Sequence record: MT446419.1
Source: Escherichia virus TH53
Strand: one strand, 5' to 3'
DNA length: 52,329 bases
Every line of letters begins with the position of its first letter. The stretch's first letter is position 1. The translations under genes and the position numbers were made by a program. Shown piece after piece: positions 17,335-26,722 of the stretch. Below the pieces are notes generated by a model. The model made no database searches. It saw nothing but the letters and a program-made list of their open reading frames with translations, and was not told the origin of the DNA.

Positions 17335-19101
17335 ATGATGAACGTTAAGCAATGTGTTGCCAAGATTAAACACGATGTACCAGACTGTAAATCCACATCT
17401 GGCAAGTCCTTACAGGTTTGGTTGAATGTCGATGAAGCTGGTAATAAGAATTTCTCTGGTTACTGCTTTGCGTGTGGCGTTCTAGTACCAAATCCTTATG
17501 GCAATAATCCGGAGAACATTCCAGAGATTAAAGTCAAGACTCCAGAAGAAATTCAGGAAGAAGTTGACGAAATCACTGCTTGTCCTCCGTTTGATTTAAC
17601 CCATCGCAGCATCGAGCCAGAATTCTGGAAGGCTGCTGGTGTTCGACTCCTGTATTCAGAGTATGATGGTAAGACTCCAAATGCTCTGGCACATGGCTAC
17701 ACCAAAAATGGTAAACTTGTTCGTTGGAAGATTAAACTTCTGAACAAGAAAGTTATGTGGTCGGTAGGTGACACCCAGGGCAACGACCCTTACAACTGGA
17801 TGGCTGCAAAAGCAATTGGCGGTAAGACACTGTTCATCACAGAAGGTGAAGAAGACTGCATCGCATTGCGTCAAATCCTCAAAACTATGAACCGTGGTGG
17901 TGCATATGAAGATTTGGATTTTGCTGTAATTAGTTTGAGTGATGGAAGTGATTCCGTACACAAATGTTTGTCACCAGTTGCAGAAGAAATTAAGCAACGT
18001 TGGGAGCAGGTTGTTATTGTATTTGATGATGATGAACCTGGACGTAAAGCTGCAAAAGAAGCGTGCCGATTGTTGCCTGGTGCAATGATTGCAACACTTC
18101 CAGCTAACGATGCCAACGATTGTTTGAAGCGTGGCTTGCTCAAAGCTACTCAATCAGCTGTTGTGTTCCGTGCTGCTCGTCCTCTGCCTACAGCACTTGT
18201 CAACAAAGAACTTCTTATGGAAGAGCTTGATGATGAGGTTGAACAGGGTGTGGATTATCCTTGGCCCAAGTTAACCGACTTAATGTTTGGTCAGCGTCGA
18301 GCCGAAGTTATTACAATCGGTGGTGCAGAAGGTGGTGGTAAAACTACCTTGTCCCGTCAGATTGTGCATCACAACATTACCAAGCACGATTGGGGAGTGT
18401 TTACTGCATACATGGAGGAAACTCCTACAGAAACACTGCGCCGAATGGCTGGCCTTAACGACAACTTGCCATATTGGGAACCTGCGTTTACTCGTGAAGA
18501 CCCTCGATATGATGAAGCTAAGTTCCGTCAAACTGCTGCGAAGATGCTTCGTAACATGGAGATTTGGGACCGCAAGCAAGCTGGAGAAGACCCTTATGAA
18601 ACCTGGGATGGGTTGAAGACGATTCTTCGTCAGATTGGACCAGACATTGATATGTTTGTCCTCGATAACTTAACCTACTTATCAGAAGGGATTTCTGCGT
18701 CAGAGAAGAACGACTTTCTGGGCAAGCTGTATGCAGACATTACAAAGTTAGCAGACCAGTACCAGTTCCACGTTAATATTCTGTCGCACCTTAACCCTGT
18801 TGCGAAAGGTCAGCGACCTCATGAAGATGGTGGACGTATCAAGAAGTCAGACTTTACTGGCTCTCGTGCTGCTGCTAAATATTCTCATGGCATGTTTGGC
18901 TTTGAACGTAATAGTCAGGCAGTTGACCCAAACTGTTCTATCATTCGTTCCATTAAGGCTCGTAAGAGTGGTAAAACAGAAGGCTTCAAGACGTATTATG
19001 ACACCGAATCTGGTCGAATTATTCAACGTTCTTGGGATGACTCGCTGTTCGAAACCAAAGAGATTGTTCAACTTACTAAGAAGAACGGTCCACACCAATA
19101 A
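17335..19101 (+). CDS. bifunctional DNA primase / DnaB-like helicase (T7 gp4-like)
   Basis: Seen: N-terminal Cys zinc finger, TOPRIM-like ITEGEEDCIAL and VIVFDDDEPGRKA, Walker A ITIGGAEGGGKTT, Walker B-like DMFVLDNLTY. Confidence 0.9.
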   Translation: MMNVKQCVAKIKHDVPDCKSTSGKSLQVWLNVDEAGNKNFSGYCFACGVLVPNPYGNNPENIPEIKVKTPEEIQEEVDEITACPPFDLTHRSIEPEFWKAAGVRLLYSEYDGKTPNALAHGYTKNGKLVRWKIKLLNKKVMWSVGDTQGNDPYNWMAAKAIGGKTLFITEGEEDCIALRQILKTMNRGGAYEDLDFAVISLSDGSDSVHKCLSPVAEEIKQRWEQVVIVFDDDEPGRKAAKEACRLLPGAMIATLPANDANDCLKRGLLKATQSAVVFRAARPLPTALVNKELLMEELDDEVEQGVDYPWPKLTDLMFGQRRAEVITIGGAEGGGKTTLSRQIVHHNITKHDWGVFTAYMEETPTETLRRMAGLNDNLPYWEPAFTREDPRYDEAKFRQTAAKMLRNMEIWDRKQAGEDPYETWDGLKTILRQIGPDIDMFVLDNLTYLSEGISASEKNDFLGKLYADITKLADQYQFHVNILSHLNPVAKGQRPHEDGGRIKKSDFTGSRAAAKYSHGMFGFERNSQAVDPNCSIIRSIKARKSGKTEGFKTYYDTESGRIIQRSWDDSLFETKEIVQLTKKNGPHQ

Positions 19102-19187
19102 CAGAGCTGCTACGCTGCATGGTTCGCCCACCAGCGTGGCCCTCACCAATCCATTGGAGCCATACTGTGTTGTATCCTTGGGAAAAT

Positions 19188-21101
19188 ATGTATGCCAGTG
19201 ACATTGAAACAACTGGCCTGTTGGAGCAAATGCGCAAGCAAGCTGCCCCACGTCTTCACAACATCGGATATATTGATGTTCTGACTCGTGAAGAAACTGT
19301 AATAGAGTGGACCGACAGAAAGTCTATCCAGGCATTTCTAGATACAGGCCCAACATTAATCATGCACAACGGCGCAACCTTTGACTTTGAAGCACTGAGG
19401 TTCCTGGGCTACGACGTTTCAAAATGTACACTAATTGATACTTTGTTTATCAGTTGGTATCTGCAACCTCGTCGTGTTAAGCACGGCTTAGAAGGTTACG
19501 GCGAAGAGTTTGGTGTGCCAAAACCAGTCATTGAAGATTGGGAAAATCAAACTCAAGAAGAGTACAACCATCGTGTGATGGAAGACTGCAAGATTCAGTT
19601 GAAGCTGTGGGAACAGCAATACATTCAACTCTTGAAGATTTATAAATCTCCTAGCGAAGTTAAGCGCTTCGTTGAATACCTGATGACAAAAGCTCGTCAA
19701 CAAGTTATTCAACAACGTACTCGCTGGAAGCTAAACATTGAGAAGGCATTGGCATTTAAGGCCAAGCTGGAACCAATGATTAAAGAGAAGACGGACGCGT
19801 TGGAAGCATCAATGCCACGTGTTCCGGAATATGTTATCAAGACCCGTCCAGCTAAATGCCACAAAATGAACGGGCAACTGTCTGCCACTGGAATTAAGTG
19901 GAAGGCTATTTGTGATGCAAATGGTTTGGATTGGAAAGACCCAGACCTGGCTATCAAAGTTCTTAAAGGTTATAAGAAGCCTAATGCTGGTTCACATGTT
20001 CAAATTAAGGATTGGTTGTTCAGCCTGGGTTGGGAACCGGAAACCTTTAAGTTTGACCGTAACAAGGAAACAGGTGAAACTCGCCAGATTCCGCAAATCA
20101 CTGTGAAGGATGAAGATGGCAATCCTGAAATATGTCCGAGCTTGCATAAGCTGGCGGAAAGAAACCCCGACTCTGGTATTCAACATCTTATTGGGATGGG
20201 CGTGTATAAACACCGTCTGTCTGTTGTTAATGGCTTCCTTCGCGACGTCGATGAAGATGGGTTCCTTACTGCACGATGTGGTGGCCTTACCAATACTTTA
20301 CGCCTTAAACATCGCGAACTTGTTAACCTCCCTTCTATTCGCGTATTTGGCGGTGAAGAACTGCGTTCAATGTTGGAAGCGTGGCGTGAAGACTACGAAC
20401 AGTTAGGCTCTGACTTATGTTCTCTGGAAGACCGTTGTAAGCACCACTTCCAATGGATGTATGACCCTGAATACGTTAAGAAGCAGTTGGCACCAGACTA
20501 CGATGCTCACCTTGCAATCGGCGTAATTGGTGGATTTATTACCGAACAGGAATCTCAGGACCACAAGGACGGAATTAAGAAGTGTAAACAACGTCCAATG
20601 TTTAAGACCACAAACTATGCTTGTCAGTATGGTGCTGGTATACCGACTGTAGCCCGTTCTGCTGGTTGCGACCAGAATACTGCTGCACGACTGCATAAAG
20701 CATATTGGGACTTGAACTGGTCAATCAAAGAGATTGCTGCAAACACTAAAGTTATCACAGTTGATGGTCAGATGTGGCAACAGAATCCAGTAAACAAATT
20801 CTGGTATTCGTTGCGTACAGAGAAAGACAGATTCTCCACATTGTGCCAGGGTACTGGTGCATATGTGTTTGATATCTGGTGTAACAACATCATTGCAATT
20901 TGTAATGAACGTTGGGGCTGTGACCCGCTTCTGTCTGGACAATTCCATGATGAATTGATTCTCCAGGTTAAGAAAGGCTTCCGAGATTTGTGGACGGACT
21001 TACTTAATGAAGCAATGGACCGAACCAACAAAGAACTTAAACTCAATCGTGATTGTGCATGTGATGTACAATTTGGCGATAACTACGCAGAGATTCACTA
21101 A
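19188..21101 (+). CDS. family A DNA polymerase with 3'-5' exonuclease domain (T7 gp5-like)
   Basis: Seen: Exo I MYASDIETTGL, Exo II HNGATFDFEAL, motif B KTTNYACQYGAG, motif C QFHDELIL. Start set at the ATG 19188; the track ORF opens at 19119. Confidence 0.9.
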   Translation: MYASDIETTGLLEQMRKQAAPRLHNIGYIDVLTREETVIEWTDRKSIQAFLDTGPTLIMHNGATFDFEALRFLGYDVSKCTLIDTLFISWYLQPRRVKHGLEGYGEEFGVPKPVIEDWENQTQEEYNHRVMEDCKIQLKLWEQQYIQLLKIYKSPSEVKRFVEYLMTKARQQVIQQRTRWKLNIEKALAFKAKLEPMIKEKTDALEASMPRVPEYVIKTRPAKCHKMNGQLSATGIKWKAICDANGLDWKDPDLAIKVLKGYKKPNAGSHVQIKDWLFSLGWEPETFKFDRNKETGETRQIPQITVKDEDGNPEICPSLHKLAERNPDSGIQHLIGMGVYKHRLSVVNGFLRDVDEDGFLTARCGGLTNTLRLKHRELVNLPSIRVFGGEELRSMLEAWREDYEQLGSDLCSLEDRCKHHFQWMYDPEYVKKQLAPDYDAHLAIGVIGGFITEQESQDHKDGIKKCKQRPMFKTTNYACQYGAGIPTVARSAGCDQNTAARLHKAYWDLNWSIKEIAANTKVITVDGQMWQQNPVNKFWYSLRTEKDRFSTLCQGTGAYVFDIWCNNIIAICNERWGCDPLLSGQFHDELILQVKKGFRDLWTDLLNEAMDRTNKELKLNRDCACDVQFGDNYAEIH

Positions 21102-21373
21102 TGAAAACTGTATATTCTATTTTCGATATGCAGGAATTGGAGCATCACATGTTTGCTACTGATTCCGAAGTTCTTGCAAAGGATGCCGTAATGGCGTTTC
21201 TTGAAAAGATTAAGGGCAACGTATTCGCTTCGTCCGACCCACAGTCTCAAGCACTTAATGACGAGACATTTAAAAGTCTCCAAACTTTAATTTCGGCAAC
21301 GTCTTCATTTGAAGAGCTGTCCGAAGCATTAGTTGAATATGACTTCCGACTTGCTATGTTGCAGGTCGACTAA
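21101..21373 (+). CDS. hypothetical protein
   Basis: ORF overlapping the DNA polymerase stop. Confidence 0.5.
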   Translation: MKTVYSIFDMQELEHHMFATDSEVLAKDAVMAFLEKIKGNVFASSDPQSQALNDETFKSLQTLISATSSFEELSEALVEYDFRLAMLQVD

Positions 21374-21403
21374 CTCTTAAACTGAAATTTAAAGGTACTC
21401 AAA

Positions 21404-22270
21404 ATGGCATTTGCTGCTCCTACACTGGCCTCGAACAAGACTCCTTCTGCTGCACCATTACTGGAAGCGGGTGGTTATCCTGCTCGTGTTTGCCGTATTA
21501 TCGACCTGGGCTTACAGCCTGGTTCTGCTAAATATCCTACTCCGTCCCTGAAACTTCTGGTGACTTTCGAACTGCTCGACGAATACATGAAAGAAGTTGA
21601 CAGTGAAGGTAAAATGGTCATGGTTCAAGACCCAGACGAAGATGACGGCATCATGATGGCGAAGAATCTTGAAGACAAGCCGCGTTGGTTTGACTTTGAG
21701 TTTACCTATAATGCTGACGGCTTCATGGGTGAGAACTCCCACATCTACAAATTCGCTAAGGCGATTGATGCACTGGAAGTTAAACCTAATCTGGAACAAG
21801 GCATTCAGGGCCATCCTGCCAAGAACCTGCCAGATTGGTTGGGCGAACCTCTGATTGTTGGCATTGTTCAGTATACCAAGCAGTCCGGTAAGAATGCTGG
21901 CCAGGTTGCAAACAAAGTTGCTACCTTCTCTCCGATGAAATCTAAGGAGAAGAAAGAAGCTAAAGCTCTGGTTAACCCGACTGTCTTCTTTGACATGTCC
22001 GAGCCGGACTTAGAAGTATTCAACAAACTGCCAGGTGGCGAATCTCCGTATGCAATCAAGAACCGTATTACTTCCGGTGTTGATTTCTACAAGACCAAGC
22101 TGTCTGCACTGTTAGGCGGTAAACCTGCCGATGAAGGCGCTGTACCGAATCAGGCTTCTGATGAAGAAGTTGATGCAGCTATGAAAGCTGAACTGGAAGC
22201 ACAGGCTGCTGCAAAAGCACAGCGTGAAGCGGAAGGTGGTGCTGCTGGCGGTACGGGTATGCCGTTCTAA
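21404..22270 (+). CDS. hypothetical protein, possible T7 gp2.5-like ssDNA-binding protein
   Basis: Gly/Ala-rich acidic C-terminal linker ending in MPF; sits after the DNA polymerase and before a strong terminator. SSB assignment is inference. Confidence 0.35.
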   Translation: MAFAAPTLASNKTPSAAPLLEAGGYPARVCRIIDLGLQPGSAKYPTPSLKLLVTFELLDEYMKEVDSEGKMVMVQDPDEDDGIMMAKNLEDKPRWFDFEFTYNADGFMGENSHIYKFAKAIDALEVKPNLEQGIQGHPAKNLPDWLGEPLIVGIVQYTKQSGKNAGQVANKVATFSPMKSKEKKEAKALVNPTVFFDMSEPDLEVFNKLPGGESPYAIKNRITSGVDFYKTKLSALLGGKPADEGAVPNQASDEEVDAAMKAELEAQAAAKAQREAEGGAAGGTGMPF

Positions 22271-22280
22271 TTATAAATAT

Positions 22281-22305
22281 GGCTCCTTCGGGAGCCTTTA
22301 ATTTT
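22281..22305 (+). terminator. intrinsic terminator
   Basis: GGCTCC-TTCG-GGAGCC hairpin followed by TTTAATTTT. Confidence 0.65.
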
Positions 22306-22318
22306 GGAGCTTACCAAA

Positions 22319-23341
22319 GTGAGTAAGAAACGGGTTTTGTTGCTGGTTGACGGCGACATGGTTGCATTCAGCCACTGTGCTGCTGAGGAATACGGCAAAG
22401 ATTCAGAAGATATTAACTTTGCTAAGATTCAAATGTCAATGGATTCCAAGATGGAATTCCTTGCGAAACGTGTAGGCGCTACAGAAGTAGTTACCTGCAT
22501 TTCACCATCCAAAACATTCCGTAACGTTCTTGCCGAGAATTACAAAGGCAATCGTGATGATGTTTGGCGACCAGAAAACTTGAAGAATGCGAAAGCACAT
22601 CTTATGGTTGCCTGGAATGGCGTATGGATGAAAGGTCTGGAAGCAGATGACCTCCTTGCCGTATTCGCACGTCATGAATACGAAATGACAATGGGTAAAC
22701 GTAATGAGATTAAGAGCCTCAAGCGCATTGGTCCTTGCACATATGATGAAGTCTGGATTGCGTCGCTGGACAAAGACTTGCGACAAATCGGGCAGAATGG
22801 TGGTGCTGGTCCAGTAATTAAACATTACCAATGGGAACGAGAAACCCAAGGTATTGGTGAGAAGGTTGTAACTCCGAAGGATTACGGCGAACTCAAATTA
22901 ATCATCAAGGACAATGGCAAATCGAAGAAGAAAGAAGTTAAAGGCAATGGCCCTAAATTCTTCTTGCATCAATTGCTTATTGGCGACTCAACAGATAACG
23001 TTATGGGTTGCGGAGTTCTTGAAGAAAGAATCTACAAAACTGGTGCCAAAGCCGGAGAAACTTATTTCCGTCGTGATGGCATTGGTGCAGTTGCTTCATT
23101 CGAAATGCTGGATGGCACAACATCTTATGCAGAAGGTTTGAAGAAAGTTATTGGTGCATATATTGTGCGCTTCGGAGATGGTTGGGAACAGGAGCTGCTC
23201 AAAGTGGGCCGTCTTGTTTACATGCACCATCAAATTGAAAAGGGTAATTGTGTTCGCTTGTGGCATTACAAGAACATTAACGAATACTTTGACCTTAAAG
23301 AGAATCGTATCCTCACTCAAGAAGAGTACCTCCAGAAATAA
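22319..23341 (+). CDS. 5'-3' exonuclease / flap endonuclease (T4 RNase H, T7 gp6 family)
   Basis: Seen: LLLVDGDMVAFS, GLEADDLLAV, LLIGDSTDNVMG. Start uncertain (GTG 22319 or TTG 22304). Confidence 0.75.
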   Translation: MSKKRVLLLVDGDMVAFSHCAAEEYGKDSEDINFAKIQMSMDSKMEFLAKRVGATEVVTCISPSKTFRNVLAENYKGNRDDVWRPENLKNAKAHLMVAWNGVWMKGLEADDLLAVFARHEYEMTMGKRNEIKSLKRIGPCTYDEVWIASLDKDLRQIGQNGGAGPVIKHYQWERETQGIGEKVVTPKDYGELKLIIKDNGKSKKKEVKGNGPKFFLHQLLIGDSTDNVMGCGVLEERIYKTGAKAGETYFRRDGIGAVASFEMLDGTTSYAEGLKKVIGAYIVRFGDGWEQELLKVGRLVYMHHQIEKGNCVRLWHYKNINEYFDLKENRILTQEEYLQK

Positions 23342-23352
23342 TTGGAGTTGGA

Positions 23353-23877
23353 ATGGCTTACGGTTATTGTGGAACGGAAGCCAAGTTTGTATCTTGGCTC
23401 CAATCTGCTATTCGAAGTGTTTGGTCTAAACACCCAAGCAAACTCGCGCTGATACAATCTCGACGCATTGCATTGAAGGTCGGTGACTCAAAGAAACCAA
23501 TCTTCCACATTCAATGCTACCATTGCAAGAAGTTGTATAAGCTCAAAGAGATTGAAGTAAACCACAAAGTTCAGGTTGGTGGCCTCCTTAAATTGGAAGA
23601 CCTGCACCGCTTTGTGGACAACCTTCTACTGGTTCAGCCAGAAGATTTGGAATTGCTGTGTAAAGATTGTCACGGCATTATTACATACATGGAACGATAT
23701 GGTGTATCACGTCGTGATGCAGTCATTGAGAAGAAGTGTATTGCATTTGCCAAATTAACTGACGAAGAGCAAATTGCCAAGTGCAATCTTGCTAAAATAG
23801 AGCCAGTTCCTAAAACCAAAATCGGACGCAAGAATGCTGTTCGAGAATACCTGAGAAAGAATCTTAATGTCTATTAA
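23353..23877 (+). CDS. HNH / endonuclease VII-like nuclease
   Basis: Seen: CYHCKK ... VNHKV ... CKDCHG, two Cys pairs with an HNH-like His/Asn. Confidence 0.5.
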   Translation: MAYGYCGTEAKFVSWLQSAIRSVWSKHPSKLALIQSRRIALKVGDSKKPIFHIQCYHCKKLYKLKEIEVNHKVQVGGLLKLEDLHRFVDNLLLVQPEDLELLCKDCHGIITYMERYGVSRRDAVIEKKCIAFAKLTDEEQIAKCNLAKIEPVPKTKIGRKNAVREYLRKNLNVY

Positions 23878-24622
23878 GCTCCTCGCTGATGGTACAAGAT
23901 ATACAAAGGCTCACGCACATGACTGGGAAGACCCAAACTGTCTTATTCGTGGTCGATGCGAACTGTACATCAAAATTGACGGCATACGAGCGATTCGTAA
24001 TGCTTCTGGTGAGGTATGGAGCCGCAACTCTAAACCTCTCCCTCACTGCGACCATCTCAAATTTAAAGATGCAGAAATCTTTCGCGGTTCCTGGAACGAG
24101 ACTTCATCTATCCTTGGGCGTATCGACCCTCCGACCGTACCGTTATCGCAAGAAAACGTTTACGAGTTGAGCGATGGTGCTGTTGACCCACGCCTGTACA
24201 TCGGCTGGTGCAAAGACCCAAGCAATGAAAACCTTAAGGCATTGATGGATAAATATCTGGCGCTTGGTCATGAAGGTATCATTGTCCGTGATGCAAAAGG
24301 TAAATGGTGGAAGATTGTACCATATAAATATGCCGATGTGAAGATTACTGGTATGAAAGAAGGTACTGGTGCTCTTAAAGGTATGTGTGGTTCTATCTCC
24401 TCGAACTACGGAAGTGCTGGCTCAATGGTGAAAGATTGTCTGGCAGACCACGGTATTCCAGAATCTAACACATTGATTCGTAAGTGGTTGTGGGAACATC
24501 GCCACGAGCTAATTGGTTCGATTATGCAAGTTCGGTATCGTGAGAAGACAGAAGCTGGTAAGTTCCGGTTCCCGTCACTCGTTCGTTTACGTGCAGACAA
24601 AAGTGAGGAAAGTTTTGATTAA
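23867..24622 (+). CDS. ATP-dependent DNA ligase (small phage type)
   Basis: Seen: motif I YIKIDGIRA (KxDG), GHEGIIVRD, WWKIVPYKYADVKI, FRFPSLVRLRADK. Confidence 0.8.
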   Translation: MSIKLLADGTRYTKAHAHDWEDPNCLIRGRCELYIKIDGIRAIRNASGEVWSRNSKPLPHCDHLKFKDAEIFRGSWNETSSILGRIDPPTVPLSQENVYELSDGAVDPRLYIGWCKDPSNENLKALMDKYLALGHEGIIVRDAKGKWWKIVPYKYADVKITGMKEGTGALKGMCGSISSNYGSAGSMVKDCLADHGIPESNTLIRKWLWEHRHELIGSIMQVRYREKTEAGKFRFPSLVRLRADKSEESFD

Positions 24623-25241
24623 GCGACTAGCTGTTATTCTCAATGGACCTCCTGGCTGCGGTAAAGACACCATCGCAAATAAGATTGTTGCTGCCGATGA
24701 ACCATACTTTCTAGGTAAGCGCAAGTTCATTAAACACCAGTTTAAGGATGCACTGTATGAGCATACTGCCAAACACTTTCAAGTTGATGTGGACAAGTTT
24801 ATTCACTACGCTTCGGACCGTGACCTCAAAGACTCTATCTCCCTTGCAGGTCTTGGTGGCAGAACACCTCGTCAGGCTCTTATTCACGTTAGCGAAGACG
24901 TGTATAAACCTCGCCACGGACAAGACTACTTCGGTAAGGTTGAAGCTGCTCGTGTTAAAGAACTCGCGGGGCGTATGGGTGGCATTATTAATGTCATTTA
25001 TCCCGATGGCGGTTTTGGTGATGAAGTCGTTGCCATTGAGTCTGCTTATGATTTTGTCCTCATTGTGCGTTTGCATCGTGATGGTTTTGATTTCACGGGC
25101 GATTCTCGCAGATACATCAACCTCCCAGACACACCTACCCGCGTAACAGTGGACGAACATTTAGTTGATGGTAAAGTGGGGGAATCTGTATTCAAAGTGT
25201 TCAACTGGATTGAACGCGTAACTTATCAAGTAGAGAAATAA
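24615..25241 (+). CDS. P-loop deoxynucleoside monophosphate kinase (T4 gp1-like), TTG start
   Basis: Seen: Walker A NGPPGCGKDT and KDAL, resembling T4 gp1 SGVKRSGKDT / KDAL. GAGGA 5 nt upstream of TTG; start uncertain. Confidence 0.55.
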   Translation: MIKRLAVILNGPPGCGKDTIANKIVAADEPYFLGKRKFIKHQFKDALYEHTAKHFQVDVDKFIHYASDRDLKDSISLAGLGGRTPRQALIHVSEDVYKPRHGQDYFGKVEAARVKELAGRMGGIINVIYPDGGFGDEVVAIESAYDFVLIVRLHRDGFDFTGDSRRYINLPDTPTRVTVDEHLVDGKVGESVFKVFNWIERVTYQVEK

Positions 25242-25243
25242 TC

Positions 25244-25789
25244 ATGTCTTGTATGACCCAAGTTGTTGCAGTTAAACGAGTGCATCCTAATGCGAAATTA
25301 CCTGTGTACGCTACTGCTGGCGCTGCTGCTGCTGACGTTTGCACTATCTCCGATAGCACTGTTGTTATCAATCCCGGCTGCTCTGCTGTTTTCGATACTG
25401 GCCTCCAATTCGAGATTCCAGTTGGATACGAACTCAAAGTACATAGCCGTTCTGGTCATGGCTTTAAGTCTGGCATTCGCCTGGCAAACTGCACAGGAAT
25501 TCTGGACTCCGATTATCGTGGCAATCTTATGGTTAAGTTGCACAACGACTCGGACACAGCCTTTGTGGTTCAGCCAGGTGAACGTATTTGTCAGGTGCAA
25601 GTTAGTAAAGCTACTCAACACCATTTCGTTGAAGTATCTGAACTAGGCCAGACTGCTCGTGGTGAAGGTGGGTTTGGTTCTACTGGTCGTACAGAGATTC
25701 CGACTGTAGGTGCGTATGACCATTCCTTGGTTGTTGTAAATAATGATGCACTTGGAAGCCACCACCACGTTGTACCGTCTAGTAAGTAA
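25244..25789 (+). CDS. dut: dUTP pyrophosphatase (dUTPase)
   Basis: Seen: all five trimeric dUTPase motifs (ATAGAAAADV, SRSGHG, GILDSDYRG, GERICQ, RGEGGFGSTGR). Confidence 0.9.
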   Translation: MSCMTQVVAVKRVHPNAKLPVYATAGAAAADVCTISDSTVVINPGCSAVFDTGLQFEIPVGYELKVHSRSGHGFKSGIRLANCTGILDSDYRGNLMVKLHNDSDTAFVVQPGERICQVQVSKATQHHFVEVSELGQTARGEGGFGSTGRTEIPTVGAYDHSLVVVNNDALGSHHHVVPSSK

Positions 25790-25808
25790 CTGACATAATG
25801 GAGTATCC

Positions 25809-26183
25809 ATGTCTACTTTAACTCGAATCACTGCATCAACCCTTAAGATGGGGAGTGAGTTTAAATCATTCCTCCGCTACATGTTCGACGACCCAGAAGA
25901 GATTGGTAACGAGTATGCCAAGCATAGCTCGTGCCGCGTCCAACTTATGGCCACAATCGACGAATCTGTGGCCTTAGAACTTATCGAAAGCTTCAACCTA
26001 AGCCTGTCCAAAGAAGACTTAATTGGCAATTGGATGATAGAATCATTATCTGATTACAATTGGGGCATTGAATGGGACTTGGTCGACGAAGTTGTCAAAG
26101 TTCATAAAGTAACTGAAACTATAACTGTAACTAAATGGAAACCAATCCAAAATGAAACTGTCCTCACCTGTTGTAGTAAATAA
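25809..26183 (+). CDS. hypothetical protein
   Basis: GGAG RBS; position upstream of terminase. Confidence 0.5.
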   Translation: MSTLTRITASTLKMGSEFKSFLRYMFDDPEEIGNEYAKHSSCRVQLMATIDESVALELIESFNLSLSKEDLIGNWMIESLSDYNWGIEWDLVDEVVKVHKVTETITVTKWKPIQNETVLTCCSK

Positions 26184-26481
26184 CCGCAAAGTTAAATTTG
26201 CATACCTCAAGTCTAATGTCACCTCTACTGGTGGCGGGACTTACCTCACCCGTGCACTTGCAGTTCGCAACGAAACAGGTGCGGATGTTATCGTTTTCAT
26301 GCTTCCTCATGGTGAAAACACAATCAAGAACGTCGAACGTATCAAGCGTGGGCGCGAAGATTTAATGTCGGCTGTTAAGCCGCTGATACTGCCATTTAAG
26401 ATTGTGGTGGTTGTTGGTTCTACCCAAGCATATCTTGAAGATTTCTATAAAGATATGGCCTGGAGCGATATTAAATATTAA
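26152..26481 (+). CDS. hypothetical protein
   Basis: ORF overlapping the upstream gene end; weak RBS. Confidence 0.4.
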   Translation: MKLSSPVVVNNRKVKFAYLKSNVTSTGGGTYLTRALAVRNETGADVIVFMLPHGENTIKNVERIKRGREDLMSAVKPLILPFKIVVVVGSTQAYLEDFYKDMAWSDIKY

Positions 26482-26536
26482 GCGACACGCGTAATTAGGG
26501 AGGCTATCTGGCCTCCTATCTTATTCGGAGTCGCTT

Positions 26537-26722
26537 ATGCGCACAATACAATGTCCTAACTGCCATTATGAAATTGCAGAAGATGATTTCATAACGCAAC
26601 AATGTCCTATCTGTGATTCATATATGCCACTAAACCGCCTGTATTTAAAGGCCGATTCTGGTTTAGGCAGCATCATTCGCATCAATCCTGTGCAAACCCA
26701 GCCATTAGTGGATTGTGATTAA
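26537..26722 (+). CDS. zinc-ribbon protein
   Basis: CPNCHY ... CPICDS; GGAG RBS. Confidence 0.5.
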   Translation: MRTIQCPNCHYEIAEDDFITQQCPICDSYMPLNRLYLKADSGLGSIIRINPVQTQPLVDCD